Shown: positions 38,670 through 48,828 of the stretch, in pieces
How positions within the stretch are numbered: the first letter of the stretch is position 1
Layout of the letters: the number at the start of each line of letters is the position of its first letter
From: Escherichia phage vB_EcoM_Kelasse
Length of the DNA stretch: 64,000 nt
Sequence record: MW749001.1
Direction: 5' to 3' (one strand)
Program-made: the position numbers and the translations under genes
Notes under the pieces: model-generated
The model's database searches: none
The model's input: the letters and a program-made list of their open reading frames with translations, nothing else
Told to the model about the DNA's origin: nothing

Positions 38670-38677
38670 TATTTATA
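38670..38677 (-). promoter_or_regulatory. late promoter TATAAATA (minus strand) for genes 4-2-3
   Basis: Plus-strand TATTTATA = minus-strand TATAAATA about 27 nt upstream of the gene 4 ATG; divergent from the gene 53 promoter. Confidence 0.65.
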
Positions 38678-38690
38678 AACAGGAGGGCCC

Positions 38691-39281
38691 ATGCTCTTTA
38701 CATTTTTTGATCCGATTGAATATGCGGCCAAAACGGTGAATAAAAACGCGCCGACTATTCCTATGACAGATATTTTTAGAAACTATAAAGACTATTTCAA
38801 ACGCGCTCTTGCGGGATATCGCTTACGCACTTACTATATCAAAGGTTCACCACGCCCGGAAGAATTAGCAAATGCTATATATGGAAATCCGCAGTTGTAT
38901 TGGGTTTTATTGATGTGTAATGATAATTATGACCCGTATTATGGATGGATTACTTCGCAAGAAGCTGCTTATCAAGCATCTATACAAAAATACAAAAACG
39001 TAGGTGGAGACCAAATAGTATATCATGTGAATGAGAACGGTGAAAAATTTTATAATTTAATATCATACGATGATAATCCATATGTTTGGTATGACAAAGG
39101 CGATAAAGCTAGAAAATATCCTCAATATGAAGGAGCACTTGCTGCGGTCGATACGTATGAAGCTGCTGTTCTTGAAAATGAAAAACTTCGTCAAATAAAA
39201 ATAATAGCAAAATCAGACATCAATTCATTTATGAACGACCTTATACGTATAATGGAGAAATCTTATGGAAATGATAAGTAA
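38691..39281 (+). CDS. 53: gp53 baseplate wedge protein
   Basis: 196-aa ORF preceded by TATAAATA late promoter and AGGAGG; T4 order 53-5. Confidence 0.9.
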   Translation: MLFTFFDPIEYAAKTVNKNAPTIPMTDIFRNYKDYFKRALAGYRLRTYYIKGSPRPEELANAIYGNPQLYWVLLMCNDNYDPYYGWITSQEAAYQASIQKYKNVGGDQIVYHVNENGEKFYNLISYDDNPYVWYDKGDKARKYPQYEGALAAVDTYEAAVLENEKLRQIKIIAKSDINSFMNDLIRIMEKSYGNDK

Positions 39282-40992
39282 TAACCTTAATTGGTTTGTT
39301 GGTGTTGTTGAAGATAGAATGGACCCATTAAAATTAGGTCGTGTTCGTGTTCGTGTGGTTGGTCTGCATCCACCTCAAAGAGCGCAAGGCGATGTAATGG
39401 GTATTCCAACTGATAAATTACCATGGATGTCAGTTATTCAACCTATAACTTCTGCAGCAATGTCTGGAATTGGAGGCTCCGTTACTGGTCCGGTAGAAGG
39501 AACTAGAGTTTATGGTCATTTTTTAGACAAATGGAAAACTAACGGAATTGTCCTTGGCACATATGGCGGAATAGTTCGCGAAAAGCCTAATAGACTTGAA
39601 GGATTTTCTGACCCAACTGGACAGTATCCTAGACGTCTAGGAAATGATACTAACGTATTAAACCAAGGCGGAGAAGTAGGATATGATTCGTCTTCTAATA
39701 TTATCCAAGATAGCAATCTAGACACTGCGATAAATCCTGATGATAGACCATTATCAGAAATTCCAACTGATGATAATCCAAATATGTCAATGGCTGAAAT
39801 GCTTCGCCGCGATGAAGGATTAAGACTAAAAGTTTATTGGGATACTGAAGGATATCCGACAATTGGCATTGGTCATCTTATCATGAAGCAGCCAGTTCGT
39901 GATATGACTCAAATTAATAAAGTTTTATCAAAACAAGTTGGTCGTGAAATTACCGGAAATCCAGGTTCTATTACAATGGAAGAAGCGGTAACTTTATTTG
40001 AACGTGATTTGGCTGATATGCAACGCGACATTAAATCACATTCTAAAGTTGGCCCAGTTTGGCAAGCAGTTAATCGTTCTCGTCAAATGGCATTAGAAAA
40101 TATGGCATTTCAGATGGGTGTTGGCGGTGTAGCTAAATTTAACACAATGTTAACTGCTATGTTAGCCGGAGATTGGGAAAAAGCATATAAAGCTGGTCGT
40201 GATTCATTGTGGTATCAACAAACAAAAGGCCGTGCATCCCGTGTTACCATGATTATTCTTACGGGTAATTTGGAATCATACGGTATTGAAGTGAAAACAC
40301 CGGCTAGGTCTTTGTCAGCAATGGCTGCGACTGTAGCTAAATCTTCTGACCCTGCTGACCCTCCTATTCCAAATGACTCGAGAATTTTATTCAAAGAACC
40401 AGTTTCTTCATATAAAGGCGAATATCCTTATGTGCATACAATGGAAACTGAAAGTGGACATATTCAGGAATTTGATGATACCCCTGGGCAAGAACGATAT
40501 AGATTAGTTCATCCAACTGGAACTTATGAAGAAGTATCACCGTCAGGGAGAAGAACAAGAAAAACTGTTGATAATTTGTATGATATAACCAACGCTGATG
40601 GTAATTTTTTGGTAGCCGGCGATAAAAAGACTAACGTCGGTGGATCAGAAATTTATTACAACATGGATAATCGTCTTCACCAAATAGATGGAAGCAATAC
40701 AATATTTGTACGTGGCGATGAAACTAAGACAGTTGAAGGTAATGGAACTATCCTAGTTAAAGGTAATGTTACTATTGTAGTTGAAGGTAATGCTGACATT
40801 ACAGTTAAAGGAGATGCTACCACTTTAGTTGAAGGAAATCAGACTAATACAGTAAATGGAAATCTTTCTTGGAAAGTTGCTGGGACAGTTGATTGGGACG
40901 TTGGCGGTGATTGGACAGAAAAAATGGCATCTATGAGTTCTATTTCATCTGGTCAATACACAATTGATGGATCGAGGATTGACATTGGCTAA
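39265..40992 (+). CDS. 5: gp5 baseplate hub / tail lysozyme
   Basis: 575 aa; central lysozyme domain (EMLRRDEGLRLKVYWDTEGYPTIGIGHL) and C-terminal VEGN/VKG beta-helix repeats. Confidence 0.95.
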   Translation: MEMISNNLNWFVGVVEDRMDPLKLGRVRVRVVGLHPPQRAQGDVMGIPTDKLPWMSVIQPITSAAMSGIGGSVTGPVEGTRVYGHFLDKWKTNGIVLGTYGGIVREKPNRLEGFSDPTGQYPRRLGNDTNVLNQGGEVGYDSSSNIIQDSNLDTAINPDDRPLSEIPTDDNPNMSMAEMLRRDEGLRLKVYWDTEGYPTIGIGHLIMKQPVRDMTQINKVLSKQVGREITGNPGSITMEEAVTLFERDLADMQRDIKSHSKVGPVWQAVNRSRQMALENMAFQMGVGGVAKFNTMLTAMLAGDWEKAYKAGRDSLWYQQTKGRASRVTMIILTGNLESYGIEVKTPARSLSAMAATVAKSSDPADPPIPNDSRILFKEPVSSYKGEYPYVHTMETESGHIQEFDDTPGQERYRLVHPTGTYEEVSPSGRRTRKTVDNLYDITNADGNFLVAGDKKTNVGGSEIYYNMDNRLHQIDGSNTIFVRGDETKTVEGNGTILVKGNVTIVVEGNADITVKGDATTLVEGNQTNTVNGNLSWKVAGTVDWDVGGDWTEKMASMSSISSGQYTIDGSRIDIG

Positions 40993-41521
40993 TATACTTC
41001 CAATGAGCGCTGATTTAGGAGAATCCATGGAAGGTTCTTCTATCGACGTCACCTTTACCGCTCAATTAGAAACAGGTGAAACGTTAGTATCTATAAATAT
41101 AACTAGTTACGAAGAAACTCCTGGGGTTTTAGTAGAAGAAAATCTCTTATATGGAACATATGAATCTGTATTTGGTTTCGGAAATGACGCGTTGAAATAT
41201 CGTTTAGGCGATGAATTTAAAACTGCTGCTTCATGGGAAGACCTTCCAACTGATTCTAATACTCAGTTATATTTATGGAAAGCTCCTCAAAACCTCCAGA
41301 AGACATTCACTTACGAAGTAACATTAATATATGACTACCAAGAACAAAGTGAATCTGGAGGTTCTGGCAGTAATTCTAGGTCATCTTCTGATACTACTGA
41401 ACCAACGGATCCTCCTGCTCCAATAAGAAAAACTCTCGTTAAAAATTATACAAAAACTATAGTTGGAAATTGGAGTCGTTGGGCTAATAAATTGAGAAGC
41501 TACGTGTATGAGAGGCCATAA
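40964..41521 (+). CDS. 5.1: gp5.1-like protein (start uncertain)
   Basis: ORF between gene 5 and the PAAR gene; overlaps gene 5 3' end. Confidence 0.6.
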
Positions 41522-41815
41522 ATGTCAGGATTGAGTTATGATAAGTGTGTTACTGCCGGCCATGAAGCATGGCCTCCAACAGTTGTGAATGCTACACAAA
41601 GTAAAGTATTCACTGGAGGAATTGCTGTTCTCGTAGCAGGTGATCCAATTACAGAACACACAGAAATTAAAAAGCCATATGAAACACATGGCGGAGTGAC
41701 ACAACCTAGAACTTCTAAGGTATATGTCACTGGAAAGAAAGCTGTTCAAATGGCTGATCCAATATCATGTGGTGATACTGTGGCTCAGGCATCATCTAAA
41801 GTATTCATTAAATAG
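41522..41815 (+). CDS. 5.4: gp5.4 PAAR-repeat spike tip protein
   Basis: 97-aa ORF with PAAR-like repeats ([11 protein letters not shown]...CGDTVAQAS) directly after gene 5.1. Confidence 0.7.
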
Positions 41816-41823
41816 GATTTAAA

Positions 41824-43806
41824 ATGGCAAATACCCCTGTAAATTATCAATTAACAAGAACAGCAAATGCTATTCCCGAGATATTCGTCGGGGGTACATT
41901 TGCTGAAATAAAACAAAACCTCATTGAATGGCTTAATGGTCAAAATGAATTTTTGGATTATGATTTTGAAGGCTCAAGATTAAACGTTCTGTGCGACCTT
42001 TTGGCTTATAATACATTGTACATTCAGCAGTTTGGTAATGCTGCCTTGTATGAAAGCTTTATGCGTACTGCTAATTTGCGTAGTTCAGTAGTTCAAGCTG
42101 CACAAGATAATGGATATTTACCTACTTCAAAATCAGCTGCTCAAACTGAAATTATGCTAACTTGTACAGATGCATTGAATAGAAATTACATTACTATTCC
42201 TCGTGGTACTCGCTTTTTAGCATACGCAAAAGATACTTCCGTTAATCCTTACAACTTTGTATCTACCGAAGATGTTATTGCTATTCGTGATAAAAATAAC
42301 CAATATTTTCCACGTTTGAAATTAGCCCAGGGGCGTATAGTAAGAACTGAAATCATTTATGATAAATTAACACCTATTATCATTTATGACAAAAATATAG
42401 ATAGAAACCAAGTTAAACTATACGTTGATGGAGCAGAATGGATTAACTGGACAAGAAAGTCAATGGTTCACGCTGGTTCTACATCGACAATTTACTACAT
42501 GCGTGAAACTATTGATGGAAATACTGAGTTTTATTTTGGTGAAGGTGAGATTTCTGTTAATGCGGCAGAAGGAGCATTGACTGCTAATTATATTGGAGGT
42601 CTTAAACCTACCCAGAACTCTACGGTTGTTATTGAGTACATCAGTACTAACGGTGCAGATGCGAATGGCGCAGTCGGATTTTCATATGCAGATACATTAA
42701 CAAATATAACTGTCATCAACATTAATGAAAATCCAAACGATGACCCAGATTTTGTTGGGGCAGATGGCGGCGGCGATCCAGAAGATATTGAACGTATTCG
42801 CGAATTGGGTACTATTAAACGCGAAACCCAGCAACGCTGCGTAACTGCGACTGACTATGATACATTCGTTTCAGAGAGATTTGGTTCTATTATTCAAGCA
42901 GTTCAGACTTTCACTGATTCTACTAAACCTGGGTATGCATTTATTGCTGCTAAACCTAAATCAGGATTGTATTTAACTACTGTGCAACGTGAAGATATTA
43001 AAAATTATCTCAAAGACTATAATTTAGCTCCTATTACGCCATCAATTATTTCTCCTAATTATCTTTTTATTAAGACTAATTTAAAAGTCACATATGCTTT
43101 AAATAAGCTGCAAGAATCCGAACAGTGGCTCGAAGGTCAAATAATTGATAAAATTGATCGTTATTATACCGAAGATGTAGAAATTTTCAACTCGTCTTTT
43201 GCCAAGTCTAAGATGTTGACATATGTAGATGATGCAGATCATTCTATCATTGGTTCATCAGCGACAATTCAAATTGTTCGTGAAGTACAAAACTTCTATA
43301 AAACGCCTGAAGCAGGTATTAAATACAATAATCAAATAAAAGATCGTTCTATGGAATCTAATACGTTTTCATTTAATTCTGGACGAAAGGTTGTAAATCC
43401 TGATACTGGTTTAGAAGAAGATGTATTATATGACGTTCGCATAGTATCAACAGACCGAGATTCTAAAGGAATTGGTAAAGTTATTATTGGTCCATTTGCT
43501 TCTGGCGATGTTACAGAAAATGAAAACATTCAGCCGTATACAGGCAACGATTTTAACAAATTAGCAAATTCTGATGGACGCGACAAATACTATGTTATCG
43601 GTGAAATAAATTACCCAGCTGATGTGATTTATTGGAATATCGCTAAAATTAATTTAACATCTGAAAAATTTGAAGTTCAGACTATTGAATTATATTCTGA
43701 CCCAACCGATGATGTTATCTTTACTCGCGATGGTTCACTGATTGTATTTGAAAATGACTTACGCCCACAATACTTAACTATCGATTTGGAGCCTATATCA
43801 CAATGA
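41824..43806 (+). CDS. 6: gp6 baseplate wedge protein
   Basis: 660-aa ORF, T4 size and order. Confidence 0.9.
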   Translation: MANTPVNYQLTRTANAIPEIFVGGTFAEIKQNLIEWLNGQNEFLDYDFEGSRLNVLCDLLAYNTLYIQQFGNAALYESFMRTANLRSSVVQAAQDNGYLPTSKSAAQTEIMLTCTDALNRNYITIPRGTRFLAYAKDTSVNPYNFVSTEDVIAIRDKNNQYFPRLKLAQGRIVRTEIIYDKLTPIIIYDKNIDRNQVKLYVDGAEWINWTRKSMVHAGSTSTIYYMRETIDGNTEFYFGEGEISVNAAEGALTANYIGGLKPTQNSTVVIEYISTNGADANGAVGFSYADTLTNITVININENPNDDPDFVGADGGGDPEDIERIRELGTIKRETQQRCVTATDYDTFVSERFGSIIQAVQTFTDSTKPGYAFIAAKPKSGLYLTTVQREDIKNYLKDYNLAPITPSIISPNYLFIKTNLKVTYALNKLQESEQWLEGQIIDKIDRYYTEDVEIFNSSFAKSKMLTYVDDADHSIIGSSATIQIVREVQNFYKTPEAGIKYNNQIKDRSMESNTFSFNSGRKVVNPDTGLEEDVLYDVRIVSTDRDSKGIGKVIIGPFASGDVTENENIQPYTGNDFNKLANSDGRDKYYVIGEINYPADVIYWNIAKINLTSEKFEVQTIELYSDPTDDVIFTRDGSLIVFENDLRPQYLTIDLEPISQ

Positions 43807-46800
43807 CAGTAAAAGCACCTTCAGTCACTAGTCTCAGAATTTCCAAGTTATCCGCAAATCAGGTGCAAGTACGCTGGGATGACGTTGGTGCTAATTTCTA
43901 CTATTTTGTAGAAATCGCTGAGACAAAAACAAACTCGGGGGAAAATCTCCCGAGTAATCAATACAGATGGATTAACTTAGGATATACTGCAAATAACAGC
44001 TTCTTTTTTGATGATGCTGATCCATTGACATCATACATTATCAGAGTAGCCACAGCTGCGCAAGATTTTGAGCAGTCTGATTGGATTTATACCGAAGAGT
44101 TTGAAACTTTTGCTACAAATGCTTATACATTTCAAAACATGATTGAAATGCAATTAGCCAATAAATTCATTCAGGAAAAATTTACTCTTAATAATTCTGA
44201 TTATGTTAATTTTAATAATGACACTATAATGGCTGCATTGATGAATGAATCGTTTCAATTCAGCCCATCATATGTTGATGTTTCATCAATAAGTAATTTT
44301 ATTATTGGTGAAAATGAGTATCATGAAATACAAGGTTCTATTCAGCAGGTATGTAAGGATATTAACCGAGTTTATTTGATGGAATCAGAAGGGATTCTAT
44401 ATCTTTTTGAGCGTTATCAACCTGTAGTTAAAGTATCTAATGATAAAGGACAAACCTGGAAAGCTGTGAAGCTCTTCAATGACCGCGTAGGATATCCTTT
44501 ATCTAAGACAGTATATTACCAATCTGCGAACACAACATACGTTCTAGGATACGACAAGATTTTCTATGGCCGCAAATCGACTGATGTTAGATGGTCAGCT
44601 GACGATGTCAGATTTAGTTCTCAGGATATAACATTCGCTAAACTTGGCGACCAATTACATTTAGGATTTGATGTAGAAATTTTTGCCACTTACGCGACTT
44701 TGCCAGCGAATGTATACCGCATTGCAGAAGCTATTACTTGCACCGATGATTACATTTACGTTGTCGCCAGAGACAAAGTTAGATACATAAAAACGAGTAA
44801 TGCACCTATAGATTCTGATCCATTATCTCCAACATATTCGGAAAGGCTTTTTGAACCTGATACAATGACTATAACCGGAAATCCTAAAGCAGTATGCTAT
44901 AAAATGGATTCTATCGGTGATAAAGTTTTTGCTCTTATTATTGGTGAAGTTGAAACACTAAATGCTAATCCTAGAACATCAAAAATAATTGATTCTGCTG
45001 ATAAAGGAATATATGTTTTAAATCATGACACAAAAACATGGAAAAGAGTTTTTGGCAACACTGAAGAAGAAAGAAGACGTATTCAACCCGGATATGCGAA
45101 TATGTCAACTGATGGTAAATTAGTTTCTCTGTCTTCGAGTAATTTTAAATTTTTAAGTGATAACGTTGTTAATGACCCTGAAACTGCTGTAAAATACCAG
45201 TTAATCGGTGCTGTTAAATATGAATTTCCTCGCGAATGGTTAGCTGATAAACATTATCATATGATGGCGTTTATAGCGGATGAAAAATCTGATTGGGAAA
45301 CTTTTACTCCTCAGCCGATGAAATACTACGCAGAACCGTTCTTTAACTGGTCTAAAAAATCTAACACACGTTGTTGGATAAACAACTCCGATAGGGTTGT
45401 AGTAGTTTATGCTGATTTAAAATACACTAAAGTTATAGAAAATATTCCGGAAACATCACCAGATAGATTAGTTCATGAATACTGGGATGATGGCGATTGT
45501 ACTATAGTAATGCCAAATGTTAAATTCACTGGATTTAAAAAATATGCATCTGGGATGCTTTTCTATAAAGCCTCTGGTGAAATAATTTCTTACTATGATT
45601 TTAACTATCGTGTTAGAGACACTGTCGAAATTATTTGGAAGCCAACTGAAGTATTTTTAAAAGCATTTTTACAAAACCAAGAGCATGAAACTCCTTGGTC
45701 GCCCGAAGAAGAGCGTGGATTAGCTGACCCTGATTTAAGACCATTGATTGGCACAATGATGCCTGATTCTTATTTGTTGCAGGATTCGAATTTTGAGGCA
45801 TTTTGCGAAGCATATATTCAGTATCTTTCTGATGGATATGGAACTCAGTATAACAATTTACGAAATTTAATTCGTAACAAATATCCACGAGAAGAGCATG
45901 CATGGGAATATTTGTGGTCAGAGATATATAAAAGAAACATTTATTTAAATGCTGACAAACGTGATGCTGTTACAAGATTTTTCGAATCACGTAGCTATGA
46001 TTTTTATTCTACTAAAGGAATTGAAGCATCATACAAATTTCTTTTTAAAGTTCTTTATAATGAAGAGGTTGAAATTGAAATTGAATCTGGAGCTGGTACT
46101 GAATATGATATAATCGTTCAATCCGATTCTTTGACTGAAGATTTAGTAGGACAAACGATTTATACAGCTACAGGAAGATGTAATGTTACTTATATAGAAA
46201 GAAGCTATTCTAACGGTAAATTACAATGGACCGTAACTATTCATAATCTTTTGGGAAGATTAATTGCCGGTCAAGAAGTTAAAGCAGAAAGACTCCCTAG
46301 TTTTGAAGGCGAAATTATTCGCGGGGTTAAAGGGAAGGATTTGCTTCAAAATAATATAGACTATATTAATAGAAGTCGATCATATTATGTAATGAAAATT
46401 AAATCCAATTTACCTTCTTCCCGCTGGAAATCTGACGTTATTCGTTTTGTTCATCCAGTAGGATTTGGATTTATAGCAATTACCCTTTTAACAATGTTTA
46501 TTAATGTTGGTTTAACTCTTAAACATACAGAGACTATAATTAATAAATACAAAAACTACAAATGGGATTCTGGATTGCCTACTGAATATGCTGATAGAGT
46601 AGCTAAATTAACTCCAACCGGTGAAATTGAGCATGATTCGGTAACAGGCGAAGCAATTTATGAGCCTGGCCCAATGGCTGGCGTAGAATATCCTCTTCCT
46701 GATGACTATAATGCTGAAAATAACAATTCAATATTTCAAGGTCAATTGCCGTCTGAACGACGTAAATTAATGAGTCCTTTATTCGATGCATCTGGAACAA

Positions 46801-46901
46801 CATTTGCACAATTTAGGGATTTAGTTAATAAACGTCTAAAAGATAATATAGGAAATCCAAGAGACCCTGAAAATCCAACACAGGTTAAAATAGATGAATG
46901 A
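43803..46901 (+). CDS. 7: gp7 baseplate wedge protein
   Basis: 1032-aa ORF, T4 size and order. Confidence 0.9.
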   Translation: MTVKAPSVTSLRISKLSANQVQVRWDDVGANFYYFVEIAETKTNSGENLPSNQYRWINLGYTANNSFFFDDADPLTSYIIRVATAAQDFEQSDWIYTEEFETFATNAYTFQNMIEMQLANKFIQEKFTLNNSDYVNFNNDTIMAALMNESFQFSPSYVDVSSISNFIIGENEYHEIQGSIQQVCKDINRVYLMESEGILYLFERYQPVVKVSNDKGQTWKAVKLFNDRVGYPLSKTVYYQSANTTYVLGYDKIFYGRKSTDVRWSADDVRFSSQDITFAKLGDQLHLGFDVEIFATYATLPANVYRIAEAITCTDDYIYVVARDKVRYIKTSNAPIDSDPLSPTYSERLFEPDTMTITGNPKAVCYKMDSIGDKVFALIIGEVETLNANPRTSKIIDSADKGIYVLNHDTKTWKRVFGNTEEERRRIQPGYANMSTDGKLVSLSSSNFKFLSDNVVNDPETAVKYQLIGAVKYEFPREWLADKHYHMMAFIADEKSDWETFTPQPMKYYAEPFFNWSKKSNTRCWINNSDRVVVVYADLKYTKVIENIPETSPDRLVHEYWDDGDCTIVMPNVKFTGFKKYASGMLFYKASGEIISYYDFNYRVRDTVEIIWKPTEVFLKAFLQNQEHETPWSPEEERGLADPDLRPLIGTMMPDSYLLQDSNFEAFCEAYIQYLSDGYGTQYNNLRNLIRNKYPREEHAWEYLWSEIYKRNIYLNADKRDAVTRFFESRSYDFYSTKGIEASYKFLFKVLYNEEVEIEIESGAGTEYDIIVQSDSLTEDLVGQTIYTATGRCNVTYIERSYSNGKLQWTVTIHNLLGRLIAGQEVKAERLPSFEGEIIRGVKGKDLLQNNIDYINRSRSYYVMKIKSNLPSSRWKSDVIRFVHPVGFGFIAITLLTMFINVGLTLKHTETIINKYKNYKWDSGLPTEYADRVAKLTPTGEIEHDSVTGEAIYEPGPMAGVEYPLPDDYNAENNNSIFQGQLPSERRKLMSPLFDASGTTFAQFRDLVNKRLKDNIGNPRDPENPTQVKIDE

Positions 46902-47898
46902 TTCAAGTGTTATCTATCGTGCGATAGTTACTTCAAAATTTAGAACAGAAAAAATGTTGAATTTTTATAATTCAATTGGAAGTGGTCCGGATAAAAACAC
47001 TATCTTTATCACATTTGGAAGATCAGAACCGTGGTCATCAAATGAAAATGAGGTGGGCTTTGCTCCACCTTATCCAACCGATTCTGTATTAGGTGTAACT
47101 GACATGTGGACTCATATGATGGGAACCGTAAAGGTTCTTCCATCTATGCTTGATGCAGTTATTCCTCGTAGAGATTGGGGAGATACTAGATATCCGGATC
47201 CATACACATTTAGAATTAACGATATTGTAGTGTGTAACTCAGCTCCTTACAATGCTACTGAATCAGGCGCAGGCTGGTTAGTATATCGTTGTTTAGATGT
47301 TCCTGATACCGGAATGTGTTCAATAGCATCTTTAACTGATAAAGATGAATGCCTTAAGTTAGGTGGAAAATGGACTCCTTCTGTTAGGTCAATGACTCCT
47401 CCTGAAGGTCGAGGAGACGCGGAAGGAACAATCGAACCCGGCGACGGATATGTTTGGGAATATCTTTTTGAGATTCCGCCTGATGTATCTATAAATAGAT
47501 GCACGAATGAATATATCGTGGTTCCTTGGCCTGAGGAATTAAAAGAAGACCCAGCTAGATGGGGGTATGAAGATAATCTCACTTGGCAACAAGATGATTT
47601 TGGATTAATTTACCGTGTTAAGGCAAATACTATCCGTTTTAAAGCATATTTAGATTCAGTTTATTTTCCTGAGGCTGCATTGCCGGGAAATAAAGGATTT
47701 AGACAAATATCAATAATCACGAATCCTCTTGAAGCTAAAGCTCATCCAAATGACCCAAACGTTAAAGCTGAAAAGGATTATTATGATCCGGAAGATTTAA
47801 TGAGGCATTCGGGCGAAATGATTTATATGGAAAATAGGCCACCTATTATCATGGCAATGGATCAAACAGAAGAAATCAATATTCTGTTTACATTTTAA
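46894..47898 (+). CDS. 8: gp8 baseplate wedge protein
   Basis: 334-aa ORF, T4 size and order; followed by hairpin plus T-run. Confidence 0.9.
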   Translation: MNDSSVIYRAIVTSKFRTEKMLNFYNSIGSGPDKNTIFITFGRSEPWSSNENEVGFAPPYPTDSVLGVTDMWTHMMGTVKVLPSMLDAVIPRRDWGDTRYPDPYTFRINDIVVCNSAPYNATESGAGWLVYRCLDVPDTGMCSIASLTDKDECLKLGGKWTPSVRSMTPPEGRGDAEGTIEPGDGYVWEYLFEIPPDVSINRCTNEYIVVPWPEELKEDPARWGYEDNLTWQQDDFGLIYRVKANTIRFKAYLDSVYFPEAALPGNKGFRQISIITNPLEAKAHPNDPNVKAEKDYYDPEDLMRHSGEMIYMENRPPIIMAMDQTEEINILFTF

Positions 47899-47903
47899 CT
47901 TAA

Positions 47904-47930
47904 GGGAGCCCATGGGCTCCCTTTTTCTTT
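47904..47930 (+). terminator. intrinsic terminator after gene 8
   Basis: GGGAGCCC-AUG-GGCUCCC hairpin followed by UUUUUCUUU. Confidence 0.65.
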
Positions 47931-47937
47931 ATAAATA
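47930..47937 (+). promoter_or_regulatory. late promoter TATAAATA for gene 9
   Basis: Octamer immediately after the gene 8 terminator, 25 nt before the gene 9 ATG. Confidence 0.65.
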
Positions 47938-47961
47938 CTATAAACTCATAAGGAAACCGCT

Positions 47962-48828
47962 ATGTTCATTCAAGAACCAAAGAAATTGATTGATACCGGC
48001 GAAATTGGTAACGCTTCTACTGGTGATATCTTATTCGACGGTGGTAATAAAATTAATAGTGATTTTAACGCAATTTATAATGCGTTTGGCGATCAACGTA
48101 AAATGGCAGTAGCAAATGGAACTGGAGCAGATGGTCAAATTATCCATGCTACTGGATATTATCAAAAACACTCTATTGCAGAGTACGCAACTCCAGTAAA
48201 AGTTGGCACTAGGCATGATATTGATACCTCTACTGTAGGTGTTAAAGTTATCATTGAAAGAGGCGAACTTGGCGACTGCGTTGAATTTATTAACTCAAAT
48301 GGATCTATATCAGTTACTAATCCTTTAACAATTCAAGCCATTGATTCAATTAAAGGTGTTTCGGGTAATTTAGTAGTAACTAGCCCATATAGTAAAGTAA
48401 CTTTACGCTGTATTTCATCTGATAATTCTACATCGGTTTGGAATTATTCTATTGAAAGCATGTTTGGACAAAAGGAATCACCAGCTGAAGGTACATGGAA
48501 TATTTCTACATCCGGATCAGTTGATATTCCATTATTTCATCGCACTGAATACAATATGGCTAAATTGCTAGTTACATGCCAATCAGTAGATGGAAGAAAA
48601 ATTAAAACAGCAGAAATAAATATTCTTGTGGATACTGTTAATTCAGAGGTCATTTCTTCTGAATATGCTGTCATGCGAGTTGGGAATGAAACCGAAGAAG
48701 ACGAAATCGCTAATATTGCATTTAGTATTAAAGAAAATTATGTAACGGCGACTATAAGTTCTCCAACTGTCGGTATGAGAGCAGCAGTTAAAGTTATCGC
48801 TACGCAGAAAATCGGGGTGGCTCAATAA
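47962..48828 (+). CDS. 9: gp9 baseplate wedge / long-tail-fibre socket
   Basis: 288-aa ORF preceded by TATAAATA. Confidence 0.9.
   Translation: MFIQEPKKLIDTGEIGNASTGDILFDGGNKINSDFNAIYNAFGDQRKMAVANGTGADGQIIHATGYYQKHSIAEYATPVKVGTRHDIDTSTVGVKVIIERGELGDCVEFINSNGSISVTNPLTIQAIDSIKGVSGNLVVTSPYSKVTLRCISSDNSTSVWNYSIESMFGQKESPAEGTWNISTSGSVDIPLFHRTEYNMAKLLVTCQSVDGRKIKTAEINILVDTVNSEVISSEYAVMRVGNETEEDEIANIAFSIKENYVTATISSPTVGMRAAVKVIATQKIGVAQ

Noticed and set aside
39265-40992. Second lysozyme copy as a possible duplicated mobile gene
   Set aside because: The lysozyme-like segment is the known internal domain of baseplate hub protein gp5; it is protein-level paralogy to gene e, not a DNA repeat.
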